Of a stretch of 64,000 nucleotides of DNA, positions 40,163 through 55,405 are shown in pieces. The first letter of the stretch is position 1; every line of letters begins with the position of its first letter. The translations under genes and the position numbers were made by a program. The notes beneath the pieces are model-generated. The model was not told where the DNA came from, searched no databases, and was given only the letters and a program-made list of their open reading frames with translations. The stretch is from Octopus vulgaris (taxonomy: Eukaryota), in the NCBI GenBank assembly GCA_951406725.2, contig OX597817.1:131254001-131318000 (forward strand), given 5' to 3'.

Positions 40163-42016
40163 TATATATATAGCAACAGGATATCCTGCGCTTATACATT
40201 TGTATTAAACAAATACAAAATAAAGAAACGTGTTAGAAATTGATTTTTTTATAACAAAATATGGTAGCAGAGTGTAAACCAATATCATATTGAATAAAAT
40301 CACAGTGAAAACGTGACTAACATCTCAGGTGTGGCGGTATCAGATGACGAAATGAATTTAATTCAGGTGTGTTCATTATTCATTTCTCATTCTTTAAACG
40401 TAAATAATCCTGTCTAAAATTACAATGTTTATCTTGATATATCTTGGTGGTGTTTGTTTGTTTGTGTGTGTGTGTGTGTGTGTGTGCGTGTGTGCGTGTG
40501 TGCTTGTGATATTGTTGGCGTTGTCATTGTTGCTGTCATCCCTCCCATTTAACTGATCAAATGACTGTATTCCAGCCACAAATATACTGTCCCGGATATA
40601 CTTTGTATCAAACTGCAACCATACTGCACTGGTTAGATGTTTGGTGGGTGAAATGAGGCCACGTTTACCTGTTGCACTATTTCTAGTGAACACTTGGTTT
40701 TTAGAAGTGAGTTCTAATCCTAGTTGGTGGTTAGCTCCCAGATCATCTTTAATCAATAAAACATTCTAGTCATGACTATCCAGTCTTTTAGGTTAGGTAA
40801 TGTTATAATTACATAATTTACAATATCCTTTCTTTCTAAGGTGTGAGTTGAGTGAGGTTTAGCTGCTTTTTCTACCAGGTCATCACGGTTGTCAACTGAC
40901 ATCTTTGCAGCTGTTCTGAGATCAAATCCAGCTGAAATTAAATTCTTTCAAGGTCAATAAATAAACTACCAGACAAACCTACCTCACCACGGTATTGCAC
41001 TAATTCCATTAAAGGCCCAAGACAAGGCATTTGAATAAATCGTAGTGTTGGACTGAACAGAAATATGTAGGGTGGTGGTAGTTGTGGTTGTGGTAGCGTT
41101 GATGATGAAGGTGGCGGTGGTTATATATATATATATATATACAATATTAATATTAAGGAAATTATTTCCGTGTCCACAGCATTAACTTACAAGTAAAGCA
41201 TTTCATTTTCCTTTACAGAATATAATATAAAATATAGTCAAGTTATAACTATGGAAAAAAAAACTATTTGATGGAAATTAAAGGAATGAAAATATTCATC
41301 TAATTATACACTATTTTATGTAGTTTACAGTGAATTTCTAATTCTGAAGTGAAATTCTAAATTTGTTTAACGACTCATTGAATTGGTTCTTTAAACCGAT
41401 TTCTGTTTTTAATATTTGTTTAATTTTGCATCTAAATGTAATTCTTCTGGTAATTTAAATGATATATTGTGTAGGAAACAGTATGAATTGTTTAAACATT
41501 CAAAAAGTGGTGAATGCATACATTTCTCTCTCCACTTCTTTATCCTATGTTAACATTTTGTTGTGGAATGCATTAAATATGTTTTCTCACAATCTTAAAT
41601 ATTATTTATCAGATAGATGTGTGTGTATCAGAGGTGAATTATAAATCTAAAAATGAATGTGTCGTTTATAGATAGAGATTAAGAGACTAAATGGAGTTGG
41701 CAGTGGAGTTATGCATATTATATGTGAATCATGCGTTTTATTCTTTAAATCATTGAGTTGTGGCTATGCTGGGGCTTTGTCCTAGTGGTGTTTAATCGAT
41801 CATATTAACACCAGTATTTTTTCTAAGTCAGGCACACATTTCTACTCTTTTTGTGGAAATTCTAGGTTAGGAAAATTACTGGATATTTCAATTAATCAGT
41901 AAGTACTAATTCATAGAATGTTTTAATAATGGAAATTATTTGTATGTATGTATGTATGTATGTATGTATGTATGTATGTATGTATGTATGTATGTATGTA
42001 TGTATGTATATATGTA

Positions 42017-42104
<88 letters not shown>

Positions 42105-42275
42105 TAACTTATAAATAAGGGCTAAAGAAAATTATATCTATTTTCTTTAGCCCTTATTTATAAGTTGTTTCTAATTTTAATCTTAAAGGTATTTTAATAT
42201 GCTGCCACATTTTAACCTTAAAGGTATTTTAATATGCTGCCACATTGATGGAATTTTTTTTCTGTAAAAAAAAAC

Positions 42276-42342
<67 letters not shown>

Positions 42343-42449
42343 GTGAGTGTGTGCACGCGTGCGTGTGTGTGTGTGTGTGTGTGTGCGTGTGTGTGTGTGT
42401 GTATAAATGAATGCGCACATACACATGTTCTTAGATACACATTTATGCT

Positions 42450-43480
42450 TATTTTCTCAAACCATTATAATAAGAGCTTACTTTAAAAACCAGATATATG
42501 CGTCGGAATGACTTGACTAATTGTTTAAAATTATAACTTGAATATACCTGATTTTGATTGGAAGACTAAGATTCGCCTACTATGCATGCTATATGGTATC
42601 TATCTCAGTCTGACGGGAAAAAAAGTTCACGTGCATTAAATATTTGGAGAAATTTAAAGGAAGAAAATTATACCAAATTACACTTAATGGTGTTTTATAT
42701 TCTAAGGAAGGTTTCTAATTTGTAAGTCAATTTTGCAGAAATAAAAAAAATAGAGATTTTGTTTTCTTTACTGCAATCTCTGTAATAAATGTCTGTCTTC
42801 AGTTCAAAAAAGGAAATATCTTACACCAATTTTTAATTTTATACCTATTGTTGACTAGTGTCGATTAATATTCCTGGACGCAGCAAATATGTTTCCATTT
42901 GTCTAGCTCACTTCAAACTTCGAACTGTGCTTCTAAAGAAGTGGACCTCTGTTATTCAGAAGTTGATAGCATCTACGCCTCGTTCTATAATCCTGGTGGA
43001 AAGTTCCGGTTGGCAATACTGACAGTATTGGAATAAAGCCCTGTGTGGTGTGGTCTTGAAGGAATGCTTTTTCACTCTGTGATTAATCTGTTTCTAGTTG
43101 ATCCGATGTATGTGGCTTCACAAGGACAAGTGGTTGGCCACTTTTGATTTTAAATGCAGCCAGAGATGTCAAATCTTCTGATGCTGTTTTTCAACTTATT
43201 TTCCCTCTATATAGACCCAGTGTTTATTTCAATACCACCGATTCCTCCATTTCTTCCCTTCGTTGTTCTCCTCGTCTATATTATTAAGGCTACTACAACT
43301 GCTGTATATGTCCCTGCCACTTTTTCCGACCGTTTAAGTCACAGACGACCATCCAGTCACTGCCACCGGGTTTTTGATGTTGCTGACGTCCTTGTCAACA
43401 GTAGTTCATTGGCAATTCTCTGCACCGGTTCTGCTTCTCTAAGTCCTTATGGTGTCGGAATCTTTTGATCTATTAATGTA
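42450..43480 (-). mobile_element. Decayed PLE inside left arm (mirror copy + strand ~46810-47810)
   Basis: TCPCEATYIGSTRNRL GIY-YIG motif. Confidence 0.65.
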
Positions 43481-43504
43481 CGGTCTGTGATATCAAAATT
43501 CTTT

Positions 43505-43583
<79 letters not shown>

Positions 43584-43613
43584 ATGTATAGATAGATAGA
43601 CTGATAGACTGAT

Positions 43614-43696
<83 letters not shown>

Positions 43697-43698
<2 letters not shown>

Positions 43699-44534
43699 GG
43701 TGGCTCAGAAGTCACTGAGGGGATTGGATTTTTAATAACTCTCTACTTTTACAAACGGGTGTATGCAAATTTTAATTCAAAATAGAAGAGATAATGAGAA
43801 TAAATTTGTATTCGGCCTTTTGATTCCCACCGTGCAGCTCACGGATGAAAAATGACATCTTTTAATGGTGTCCATTTTCAGCTTCACACTTTAGGGGTAC
43901 AGTTCTTTTTGATGTAGTACTTCCGAATTCTCAAAGTCCCAAAATTGGCAATTTTATCTATGAAAGTGACCTTCATCAAACATGATCAATTTTTGTGTAA
44001 ACTTTGGGTCATTTTGTACCAATTCCAATATTCTGACGTCGTATTGGAGCTTGGGTTCATAGTCCTGGGGCTTCAAATGTTGAACCAACCGTACCTTGTA
44101 TGGAAAAATGTTTAAGGTTGCTGAGAAATCTTTGCAGGAAAGTTTGTGGAATACCCTAATGGCTGGACTGCCTGGACTGTGCTATTCAATACTCTCTTCG
44201 TGCTCCGGTTCTTTTCAATATTATCTTCCACTCGTTTCCTTTCCTCATCGGTTCTGACTGTGCGAGGTATCCTACGTAGTGGGGGATCACTTATTGTTCC
44301 TTACTTTTCAAAACTACGAACTAAGTTCTTAATTGTGTTTTTTACGTATGCTCTCTGGTTTTGAATAATTTTGGATAGAACAATTTCACCACTTGTGTGC
44401 GTTGTGCGGTGACAGATGTTGCTATGATTAATTACCAGGATGTTCTCAATAAAATCTCTGAAAATAAAAGAAAAATTACAAAAAATAACAGAAGTATCAA
44501 AAATTGCAATAACTCAGCGTCATTTAGGCCATCC

Positions 44535-44537
<3 letters not shown>
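43697..44537 (-). mobile_element. Internally deleted mariner-like transposon (mirror copy 46143-46642 truncated)
   Basis: TA-flanked ends gggtggctcagaagtcactgag / ctcagcgtcatttaggccatcc; FPYKVRLVQHLKPQD..IMFDEGHFH. Confidence 0.75.
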
Positions 44538-44596
<59 letters not shown>

Positions 44597-44707
44597 GTCA
44601 TTTAGAGATAGAAGTCCCCATGCAATTGATCACATCCTAATATAGATCACACCATATCATAGAATTTAGAATTTATTTTAATACTTACTATTTCAGTTCC
44701 AAATTTC

Positions 44708-44804
44708 GCTTCTACACGTGTTTCATGAGGTGCGTTTAACGTTCCCGATACTCACAGTCTTTTTCAGAAACATGTCTTAACTGCAACCCCAATCATCAGG
44801 ACTC
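44708..44804 (-). ncRNA. Hammerhead motif with extended stem II, weak stem I
   Basis: CTGATGA-ttggggttgc..gcacctcat-GAAA-cacgtg-TA. Confidence 0.6.
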
Positions 44805-46643
44805 TCCATAACTTATTCATAATCCTATAACTATTCCTATATATTTTTATATTTTATCAGTTACGAATGTAACTAACATACATGCAGATGTGCAAATAAA
44901 TTCGCCAAACCTTGCCATGCAAGCCATAATTTAGTTAATTTAAATTTTAAAATCAAATCAATCGTGACTTGTGCCTAGGAACATACGTACGAATTAAAAA
45001 TATGCTGGAATGAAGAAAACTATAATATAATAATGAAAAGAATATATAATATAAGGATGATAAAATAAACATTGACAAAGAAATACATATTCGAATGAAT
45101 ATGATAGATAAAAATGGACGTAAACAAATACGAATGAATGACAAAATGCAAAAAGTATAAAAATACATATAACGAAATCTACGGAGAAAAATTTTTAAAT
45201 GACAAAATATAATAATCTTAATTTAAAAAGTAAAAGTTAGAGCATAATAATAACGTAAAAAATTAGAGCGTAATAATAACGTAAAAAATAACGTTAAAAA
45301 ATAAGGTAAAAAATATGTATGTTCAATTTACCGTTGTATAACATGGTCATAATTCGAGCTAAATTCAACTAAACACCGTAAGGTTCGGCGAAAATATCTA
45401 CCCTCCCACATACTGCTCCTTTTAAACTCCTGTACTGAGGAAAACGAATCTGTCCTTTATGCATCGTGATTCTGCATCTCAAAGTAGGGCTCGTTTAGCC
45501 CTAATAATTTTGCCACGTGGTGTATACTGAATCTCCATTGTTTTTTCTCCTTACATATATATATATATATATATAAAATACTGGAGATTCAGTATACACC
45601 ACGTGGCAAAATTATTAGGGCCAAACGAGCCCTACTTTGAGAGGCAGAGTTACGACGCATGAAGAACAGATACGTTTTCCTCAGTACAGGCAGATAGCCC
45701 TGAGCGAACATATCGACAGATGCGCAAGAAATAAAACGCCGAAATTTCCATATCTTTCTATTATACCAATACAAAGATTCAATCTCCTTAAAAGAACGTC
45801 TACACAAGGAAATTTTGTTCATACAAAAGTTCAGACCACACCTTAATATACAAACTTGACCACTTCAAAAATTATACTGAGGATTTAGTTGTCCCCCATT
45901 GGTCCACTCGTTAGACACATTCTTATTTTTCAAGTATCCAAAATGGCAAGACCACTTTGTCACTAGAATTGATTACTTCACAATGTCCCTAGAAAAACAG
46001 ATTTAAATAGCGAAAACCGGTGAGATATCACTACATCCGTAAAATATGTATATATTTAAAAATTTCTTTATAAAAAGATATTAAACATATGAAACGAAGG
46101 CATTTCTCTTCCACTTCTTTATTTTCAACTATATATATAGTTGAGAGTATTGAATAGCACAGTCCAGGCAGTCCATCCATTAGGGTATTTCACAAACTTT
46201 CCTGCAAAGAATTCTCAGCAACCTTAAACATTTTTCCATACAAGGTACGGTTGGTTCAACATTTGAAGCCCCAGGACTATGAACCCAAGCTCCAATACGA
46301 CGTCAGAATATTGGAATTGGTACAAAATGACCCAAAGTTTACACAAAAATTGATCATGTTTGATGAAGGTCACTTTCATAGATAAAATTGCCAATTTTGG
46401 GACTTTGAGAATTCGGAAGTACTACATCAAAAAGAACTGTACCCCTAAAGTGTGAAGCTGAAAATGGACACCATTAAAAGATGTCATTTTTCATCCGTGA
46501 GCTGCACGGTGGGAATCAAAAGGCCTAATACAAATTTATTCTCATTATCTCTTCTATTTTGAATTAAAATTTGCATACACCCGTTTGTAAAAGTAGAGAG
46601 TTATTAAAATCCAATCCCCTCAGTGACTTCTGAGCCACCCTAC

Positions 46644-46708
<65 letters not shown>

Positions 46709-46737
46709 AGTCTATCTATCTATATACACACACACAC

Positions 46738-46788
<51 letters not shown>

Positions 46789-48016
46789 AAAGAATTTTGA
46801 TGTCACAGACCGCACATTAATAGATCAAAAGATTCCGACACCATAAGGACTTAGAGAAGCAGAGCCGGTGCAGAGAATTGCCAGTGAACTACTGTTGACA
46901 AGGACGTCAGCAACATCAAAAACCCGGTGGCAGTGACTGGATGGTCGTCAGTGACTTAAACGGTCGGAAAAAGTTGTAGCAGACTTAATAATATAGACGA
47001 GGAGAACAACGGAGGGAAGAAATGGAGGAATCGGAGGTATTGAAATAAACACAGGGTTTATATAGAGGGAAAATAAGTTGAAAAACAGCATCAGAAGATT
47101 TGACATCTCTGGCTGCATTTAAAATCAAAAGTGGCCAACCACTTGTCCTTGTGAAGCCACATACATCGGATCAACTAGAAACAGATTAATCACAGAGTGA
47201 AAAAGCATTCCTTCAAGACCACACCACCTAGGGCTTTATTCCAATACTGTCAGTATTGCCAACCGGAACTTTCCACCAGGATTATAGAACGAGGCGTAGA
47301 TACTATCAACTTCTGAATAACAGAGGTCCACTTCTTTAGAAGCACAGTTCGAAGTTTGAAGTGAGCTAGACAAATGGAAACATATTTGCTGCGTCCAGGA
47401 ATATTAGTCGACACTAGTCAACAATAGGTATAAAATTAAAAATTGGTGTAAGATATTTCCTTTTTTGAACTGAAGACAGACATTTATTACAGAGATTGCA
47501 GTAAAGAAAACAAAATCTCTATTTTTTTTATTTCTGCAAAATTGACTTACAAATTAGAAACCTTCCTTAGAATATAAAACACCATTAAGTGTAATTTGGT
47601 ATAATTTTCTTCCTTTAAATTTCTCCAAATATTTAACGCACGTGAACTTTTTTTCCCGTCAGACTGAGATAGATACCATATAGCATGCATAGTAGGCGAA
47701 TCTTAGTCTTCCAATCAAAATCAGGTATATTCAAGTTATAATTTTAAACAATTAGTCAAGTCATTCCGACGCATATATCTGGTTTTTAAAGTAAGCTCTT
47801 ATTATAATGGTTTGAGAAAATAAGCATAAATGTGTATCTAAGAACATGTGTATGTGAGCATTCATTTACACACACACACACACGCACACACACACAGACA
47901 CACACACATGCGCACACACACACACACACACACACGCACGCGTGCACACACTCACGCGTGCACACACTCACGCGTGCACACACTCACGCGTGCACACACT
48001 CACGCGTGCACACACT

Positions 48017-48063
<47 letters not shown>

Positions 48064-48250
48064 TACTAATATAGGATGAAGTTTTTTTTACAGAAAAAAA
48101 ATTCCATCAAAGTGGCAGCATATTAAAATACCTTTAAGGTTAAAATGTGGCAGCATATTAAAATACCTTTAAGGTTAAAATTAGAAACAACTAATAAATA
48201 AGGGCTAAAGAAAATAGAAATAATTTTCTTTAGCCCTTATTTATAAGTTA

Positions 48251-48296
<46 letters not shown>

Positions 48297-48332
48297 CGTG
48301 TCGTATATAACTCACATTGATATTTATCATTG

Positions 48333-48375
<43 letters not shown>

Positions 48376-49186
48376 CATACATACATACATACATACATAC
48401 AAATAATTTCCATTATTAAAACATTCTATGAATTAGTACTTACTGATTAATTGAAATATCCAGTAATTTTCCTAACCTAGAATTTCCACAAAAAGAGTAG
48501 AAATGTGTGCCTGACTTAGAAAAAATGCTGGTGTTAATATGATCGATTAAACACCACTAGGACAAAGCCCCAGCATAGCCACAACTCAATGATTTAAAGA
48601 ATAAAACGCATGATTCACATATAATATGCATAACTCCACTGCCAACTCCATTTAGTCTCTTAATCTCTATCTATAAACGACACATTCATTTTTAGATTTA
48701 TAATTCACCTCTGATACACACACATCTATCTGATAAATAATATTTAAGATTGTGAGAAAACATATTTAATGCATTCCACAACAAAATGTTAACATAGGAT
48801 AAAGAAGTGGAGAGAGAAATGTATGCATTCACCACTTTTTGAATGTTTAAACAATTCATACTGTTTCCTACACAATATATCATTTAAATTACCAGAAGAA
48901 TTACATTTAGATGCAAAATTAAACAAATATTAAAAACAGAAATCGGTTTAAAGAACCAATTCAATGAGTCGTTAAACAAACTTAGAATTTCACTTCAGAA
49001 TTAGAAATTCACTGTAAACTACATAAAATAGTGTATAATTAGATGAATATTTTCATTCCTTTAATTTCCTTCAAATAGTTTTTTTTTTCCATAGTTATAA
49101 CTTGACTATATTTTATATTATATTCTGTAAAGAGAAATGAAATGCTTTACTTGTAAGTTAATGCTGTGGACACGGAAATAATTTCC

Positions 49187-49288
49187 ATACACTAACCATC
49201 AGAGCATCACAACAAATGACAGCACGTACCTAAGGCACACAGAACTGCGCTCGGTAGTGAAGTGAAAGCACGCTAAAAAATAAAACTA

Positions 49289-49340
<52 letters not shown>
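49187..49340 (+). mobile_element. LINE (R4/Dong-like) 3' end with (AAT)n tail
   Basis: Short unique 3' block ending aaaataaaactactg(aat)n; family assignment is inferred. Confidence 0.5.
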
Positions 49341-49517
49341 GGGAATATAACTCCAAACTTACAGGGAAAATTTCAATTTAGTATTAAATCGAATTTCACA
49401 ATATAAATATATAATATATATAAATTAGAGCCACTATTATGGAATTCAAACAATGATAGATACAAACCAAATCATAAAAAGTACAAAAATGAATAAATAA
49501 TATATAATAAGTAAAAA

Positions 49518-49619
49518 GACTACGTACGTTTCATGGCTATAATATAAATTCGAATTACAATTAAATTTAAATTTAATCGAAAAACAATTCAATTTAAAAT
49601 TATAGTCACTCCTCAGGTC
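49518..49619 (-). ncRNA. Type I hammerhead, paralog of 15501-15602
   Basis: gac-CTGAGGA-gtgactataa..ttatagccat-GAAA-cgtacg-TA-gtc; perfect palindromic stem III. Confidence 0.78.
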
Positions 49620-50219
49620 AACAATAATAATAATAATAAGAAGAAAATAGAATTAAACAATATTTCTTAAAGAAATAAAAATCATGATTGTTCTTAATAG
49701 AAGAAACTCCATTAATTAAATTTGAAACTTAAAACATTAGGACTAGGTGCCTATAATACATTTACCATGTTAAATATTTAGAGTAAAAGGAGAGTAAATA
49801 GATAGAAAAATGTATTTATCTACTAAGATATAATTAAGCATTAAGAAAAAACATTAATACACTTTAAAATATCTTTACCCTAGCTATACTCTAATATTTA
49901 ATTGCCAAACTATTTTAAAAAACAATCACACTTAACATTTTTAGATTTTAGCTCACATCTAATAATTATAAAATAGTAAAATTATAAAATTATATAAAAG
50001 TATGTATCTAAATTATAATCAACACATATAGCAATTACAAATCCATATTTTTTCTATCAATAAACATATAAATAAATGAATAAATTACTCCATTATTACT
50101 TAAATAAATATTATAGATATCATTCCGAAAATATTTATGAAATAAAAATAAAAAATAAAAAATTCCAAAACTAAAAACGTATAACTTATCATTTATAAAA
50201 TTGTTTGCGAAAAAAGTAC

Positions 50220-50269
<50 letters not shown>

Positions 50270-50699
50270 GAGTGAGAGAGCAGTGCATGCCATTAAAGTT
50301 ACACTGGGGTAAAATATACGAAGCCCAGTATACCCATGTTTCCAGAGGTGAATTATTCAAACCACAAAGAATCCCCTCTCAATACATGGTTATGATGCTC
50401 CCCCACTACTTCTGCTCGTGATCAGAGATGCACATATGGTGAGCCACCAAGGGACATGCTCAACTGGTTAAGGTCAAGCAACTGACAAGCAAATCTGTGG
50501 TAATGAGCAGAATATTTGCGGTAGCCTATCTTTTATACCAAGACAAAACAATGTACATGATAACACTTACAATCAGTTAAGATCAGAAGCCATGAGAGCC
50601 ATTGCCTGATACTGCATTCTTCTTCTTCTTCTTCTTCTTCTTCTTCTTCTTCTTCTTCTTCTTCTTCTTCTTCTTCTTCTTCTTCTTCTTCTTCTTCAC

Positions 50700-51060
50700 A
50701 CACAATTGAAAGAGAAAATAAAGAAAGAATACTATAGACGAGTTAGATCAATACTAAAAACAGAGCTCAATGCTAAAGACAAGATAATAGGTAATAACGC
50801 TTTAGCCGTCCCAGTTATAAGTTACAGCTACAATATCCTTAACTGGACACTAAATGAACTAACCAAAATAGATAGGAAAACAAGAAAAATAATGACAGGA
50901 TCTACGATGTACCACCCAAAATCTGACATAGAAAGGATATATATATACAACGTATAGAAGGTGGTAGAGGCCTAATACAGCTGAAAACTATTATAAAATA
51001 ACCATAGGACTGCATAGGACTGCAAAAATACCTGCAATGAAGAAAAGAAATAAAAAATAA
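50700..51060 (+). mobile_element. R4/Dong LINE fragment
   Basis: KEYYRRVRSILKTELN..NALAVPVISYS..NW..IDRKTRK..HPKSD, then GGRGLIQL. Confidence 0.85.
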
Positions 51061-51244
51061 AAAATAAAAGCAAGGAGAAAGATAATAAGGGAAAGTGTAC
51101 AAGTTAGTGGTCAGTCAAGATAGTTTGAAAGTAGGAATAGGGAGATGAGGGTGATAGAGAGAAAAAGGTATTAGAGTGTATTTGGGGTGAGAGAGAGAGA
51201 GAGAGAAATTTAATGTATATATATATATATAAATATATATGGAA

Positions 51245-52250
51245 GGCTTATGAAAAATTATGCAGCATACCAGACAAGTATATATCTATAACAAGAGCAA
51301 CTTACCAAGGAATGACATGCCGAGTCTTGCATGGAAACGGAGCAACGGATAAATTCGAAGTAAAAACAGGAGTTCGACAGGGCTGTATACTTTCTCCCTT
51401 TTTATTTCTACTCGTCAAAGATTGGATTATGAAGGAAACTATGATTGAAAGCCAAACAAGCATTGAATGGACGGATGCAGAAGCTCTAGAAGATCTCGAC
51501 TTTGCTGATGATATATCGCTACTTTCACAAACATATAACCAAATGCAAAATAAAACGTCAAAATTAGAAGCAATAGCCGCCAAACTAGGATTGAAAGTCA
51601 ACCGCGACAAATCAAAAATTGTGCACGTTAATGAAGAAAACAGCGAATGTATTAAACTAGAAACCGGTGGATGTAGCCGAGTTAACGTTTATGTAGTAAG
51701 ATAACGTTTTCAGGCGGCACCGACGAACATATTAAGACGAGAATAAGTAAGGCAAGGATCGCAAGTGTAATTTTAATAAAGAACAAAATAAGAATGTTTA
51801 ACACTAACGTAAAAGCGGCGTTATTGTATGGGGCTGAGACATGGCGAACAACAGTTAAGTCAAATAAGCAAATACAATCATTCCTCAACAGATGCTTGCG
51901 TAGTATACTTAAAATTAGATGGCCCGAACACATAAGCAATATGGAGCTATGGCAAAGAACAAATGAAGTTTCGATTAGGGAGCAAATACTTAAGAAGTGG
52001 AAGTGGGTTGGTAGCACAATTAGAAAAGACATACCAAATGTAGCGAAAAGTGCTTTACAGTGGAATCCAGATGGATATAGAAACAGAGGTAGGCCTAAGA
52101 ACACGTGGCGGAGATCAACAGAAAAGGAATTGGAGAAAGGGGGGACATTCATGGCAGAGTATATGTACAGAAGCGAAAAATTATGCGACATGGAATTCAA
52201 CTATATGTGGCCTATACTCCTCGTTGGAGGGTTAAAGGCAGGAAAAAAAG
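51245..52250 (+). mobile_element. RTE-clade LINE 3' fragment
   Basis: [38 protein letters not shown]. Confidence 0.92.
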
Positions 52251-52452
52251 AAAAATTAACGTGTGTATATATATGCTTATGTATATATCTGTGTATATAT
52301 GCATATATATATATATGTAAATATATAAACGAATATGTATGTTTATATATATATATATATGTTTATATATATGAAAACATACATCGTTTATATATTTACA
52401 TATATATATATGCACATATACACAGATATATACATATGCATATATATACACA

Positions 52453-52520
<68 letters not shown>

Positions 52521-52981
52521 ACAAATTGATTCGTAACTTCAAAAACGTGTAAATAGTGTTTATTATTATATTTAATAATAAATAACTTACATGACTGCAT
52601 TATTTTTAAAGTTTCTCCGTCATTTATGACTTCATACAATCTTTATCGTCGTTCCTTTTATCTTACTGAATATGCTACATTTTTTGTGCAATGATCTTTT
52701 AAGAAGCGGGTCGTAACACCCGCGAATATCGCGGGTGTTACGACCCAAAATACACCGCGATAGGTGAAAATCCGTGAAGTAGAAACAGTAATAGACTGTA
52801 TATGTCTTTTAGTTAATTCAATAGTATGTATAAATTTATTTCATTATAAATGCTAAACGCACCATGAAGGAATCGATGTACGCTTCAATAATAAAACGCG
52901 ATAAGTGAACCGTGATATACCGATTGATTACCGTAATCCGGAACTAATTTGATCCATAAATTGTGACTCATATATATATAT

Positions 52982-53420
52982 ATATAACCAAAAAATAAGC
53001 AACAAGAATGGATCGGTAGTTTACTACAATTGTTTCATACTATAACAATCTATTAAAGCTGCAAATATTACAGCAAATATAATTAAATTTAATTGAAGAA
53101 CTTTGTATGGTTGGAAAGCATATATGGCCTGCTTGGAATCTTGCTTCAAGTTCCTGGAGCTCACATCTATATCTTTATATGTACATTTACACTCTCTAAG
53201 ATGTTTGGAAAACCTATATGAAATTAGCTGAAGATTACTTAACATTATATTTGCTGTAATATTTGCAGCTTTGATAAATTGTTATAGTATGAAACAATTG
53301 TACTAAACTACCGATCCATTCTTGTTGCTTATTTTTTGGTTATAATCACCCCACATAATTTTATGGGTAATACCATAAAAAATTCTGGTGCATCTAAGTT
53401 AAGTACCATATTCATTTGAA

Positions 53421-53422
<2 letters not shown>
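52982..53422 (+). mobile_element. PLE pLTR with inverted partial copy (family of 33.7-34.4 kb)
   Basis: 52982-53098 is inverted relative to ~53243-53344; the 3' end aagtaccatattcat is shared with ~28265 and ~33715. Confidence 0.8.
53224..53306 (+). ncRNA. Type I hammerhead
   Basis: ttag-CTGAAGA-ttact..agtat-GAAA-caattg-TA-ctaa. Confidence 0.78.
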
Positions 53423-53499
<77 letters not shown>

Positions 53500-53597
53500 G
53501 TATATGCAGCATATATATATATGTATATACATACCCATATATGTCTCTATATACATACATACATATATATATACCCATATATGTCTCTCTCTCTCTC

Positions 53598-53628
<31 letters not shown>

Positions 53629-53973
53629 GTGTATAAAAGTATTGACGACCTCATCAATGAAACACCGATGCTCTAACTGCCAGGCCATGAACATTCACGC
53701 ATCCATACACTATATATATTTTTTATTCTTTTACTCGTTTCAGAAATAGATTGCGGCCATGCTGCAGCACCGCATGCAAAGGTTCTAATCGAATAAATCA
53801 ACTCCAAAACATCTTTTTAAACCGTGGTAAATATTCTAACGTTTTCCTTTGCCGAACCGCTAACTTTCGAGGGTCATCAACCTACCAACACCATCTGTCG
53901 AGTGGTTATGTGTGACAAACACACACTCATACACACACAGAGATACATATAAATATATATACATATACATACT

Positions 53974-54029
<56 letters not shown>

Positions 54030-54130
54030 AGCACACACACACTCACACATGTATATAAACGTACTTGGAAATGGATGTCTGGAGTTCAATTAAATAATAA
54101 GTAAATGATATATATATGTATATATATACA

Positions 54131-54207
<77 letters not shown>

Positions 54208-54599
54208 TATTATAAAAGGCAGATTTTATCTGCCTCCCTTTGGGAGTTATACAAATCTACAATATAGGATTTCTTCAATTACAATTTACCTAGCATTTTT
54301 AAGAGTACAATGCATCGCGTCATGCCAGGTCCAGTTTTTAAAATTTAAACTCCAATTAAGCAAAATTTACAGAAAACTCACATTCTGGTGTGTGTGTCAA
54401 ATGTTTTTCTTAATGTGGTTTACACCACACGCAAACGCACACACACACAAAGGGAGCGAATTGTTTCACTGACGCTATCACCCTTCTCCTCCTTTGTCTT
54501 TGCAAGTTGGCAGCTATTAAAGTGAAAACAGTGAATCCGACAGCGATTAAGAACACGAATTAGCACCTGAATGGAGTGAAAATTTAAAAACTGTTTCTT

Positions 54600-54850
54600 T
54601 CGGTGATTTTTCTGAAGAAACTGCACCAAGCCACAGACTTTCCCAGAAGAGTAAAGCCTTACACTATTTCTATTTACTTTTTCGAATGAGCCTATTTGAA
54701 ATCATTACGGCAGAAACGAAACGTTACGCTAAACGTAAACAAAACGAAAGAAACGATAGTTTGTTATTTCCCACAACCTTAAATGAAATTAAGGCCTATT
54801 TTGCCATAAATATTATTATGGGTATCAGAAAGTTACCCAGAATAACAAAT
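54600..54850 (+). pseudogene. piggyBac transposase N-terminal fragment
   Basis: FEIITAETKRYA..TTLNEIKAYFAINIIMGIRKLP matches the PGBD pattern ETNxYA..ExxAFxGxxxxMG..LP. Confidence 0.75.
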
Positions 54851-55405
54851 TCTATCGTAAAATTTTGTTGTATACCCAATTCAATATTAGCTAATAACCC
54901 ATTTTCTATAGCGATGTTTGAACAAACTTTTAATAATTTTACAGAAAGTTACCCAGAATAACTAATTCTATCGTAACATTTTGTTGTATACCCAATTGAA
55001 TATTAGCTAATAACCCATTTTCTATAGCGATGTTTGAACAAAATTTTAATAATTTTACAGAAAGTTACCCAGAATAACAAATTCTATCGTAAAATTTTGT
55101 TGTATACCCAATTGAATATTAGCTAATAACCCATTTTCTATAGCGATGTTTGAACAAAATTTTAATAATTTTACAGAAAGTTACCCAGAATAACAAATTC
55201 TATCGTAAAATTTTGTTGTATACCCAATTGAATATTAGCTAATAACCCATTTTCTATAGCGATGTTTGAACAAAATTTTAATAATTTTACAGAAAGTTAC
55301 CCAGAATAACAAATTCTATTGTAAAATTTTGTTGTATACCCAATTGAATATTAGCTAATAACCCATTTTCTATAGCGATGTTTGAACAAAATTTTAATAA
55401 TTTTA
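54826..55405 (+). repeat. 116-bp tandem repeat x5
   Basis: cagaaagttacccag at 54826, 54942, 55058, 55174, 55290; near-identical units. Confidence 0.95.

Larger units (their letters stand above)
41157..49186. repeat. Large inverted duplication: arms 41157-44196 and 46143-49186
   Basis: The arms are reverse complements throughout (the same 61-aa ORF appears on both strands); differences are microsatellite lengths, scattered substitutions and small indels. Confidence 0.95.

Noticed and set aside
41157-49186. Giant TIR transposon (Polinton/foldback) interpretation
   Set aside because: No TSD or terminal motif, the spacer encodes no transposase or polymerase, and the arms are mosaics of old unrelated TEs with a breakpoint inside one of them.
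54826-55405. CRISPR-like array
   Set aside because: The units are full-length tandem copies with no unique spacers; eukaryotic context with no cas genes.
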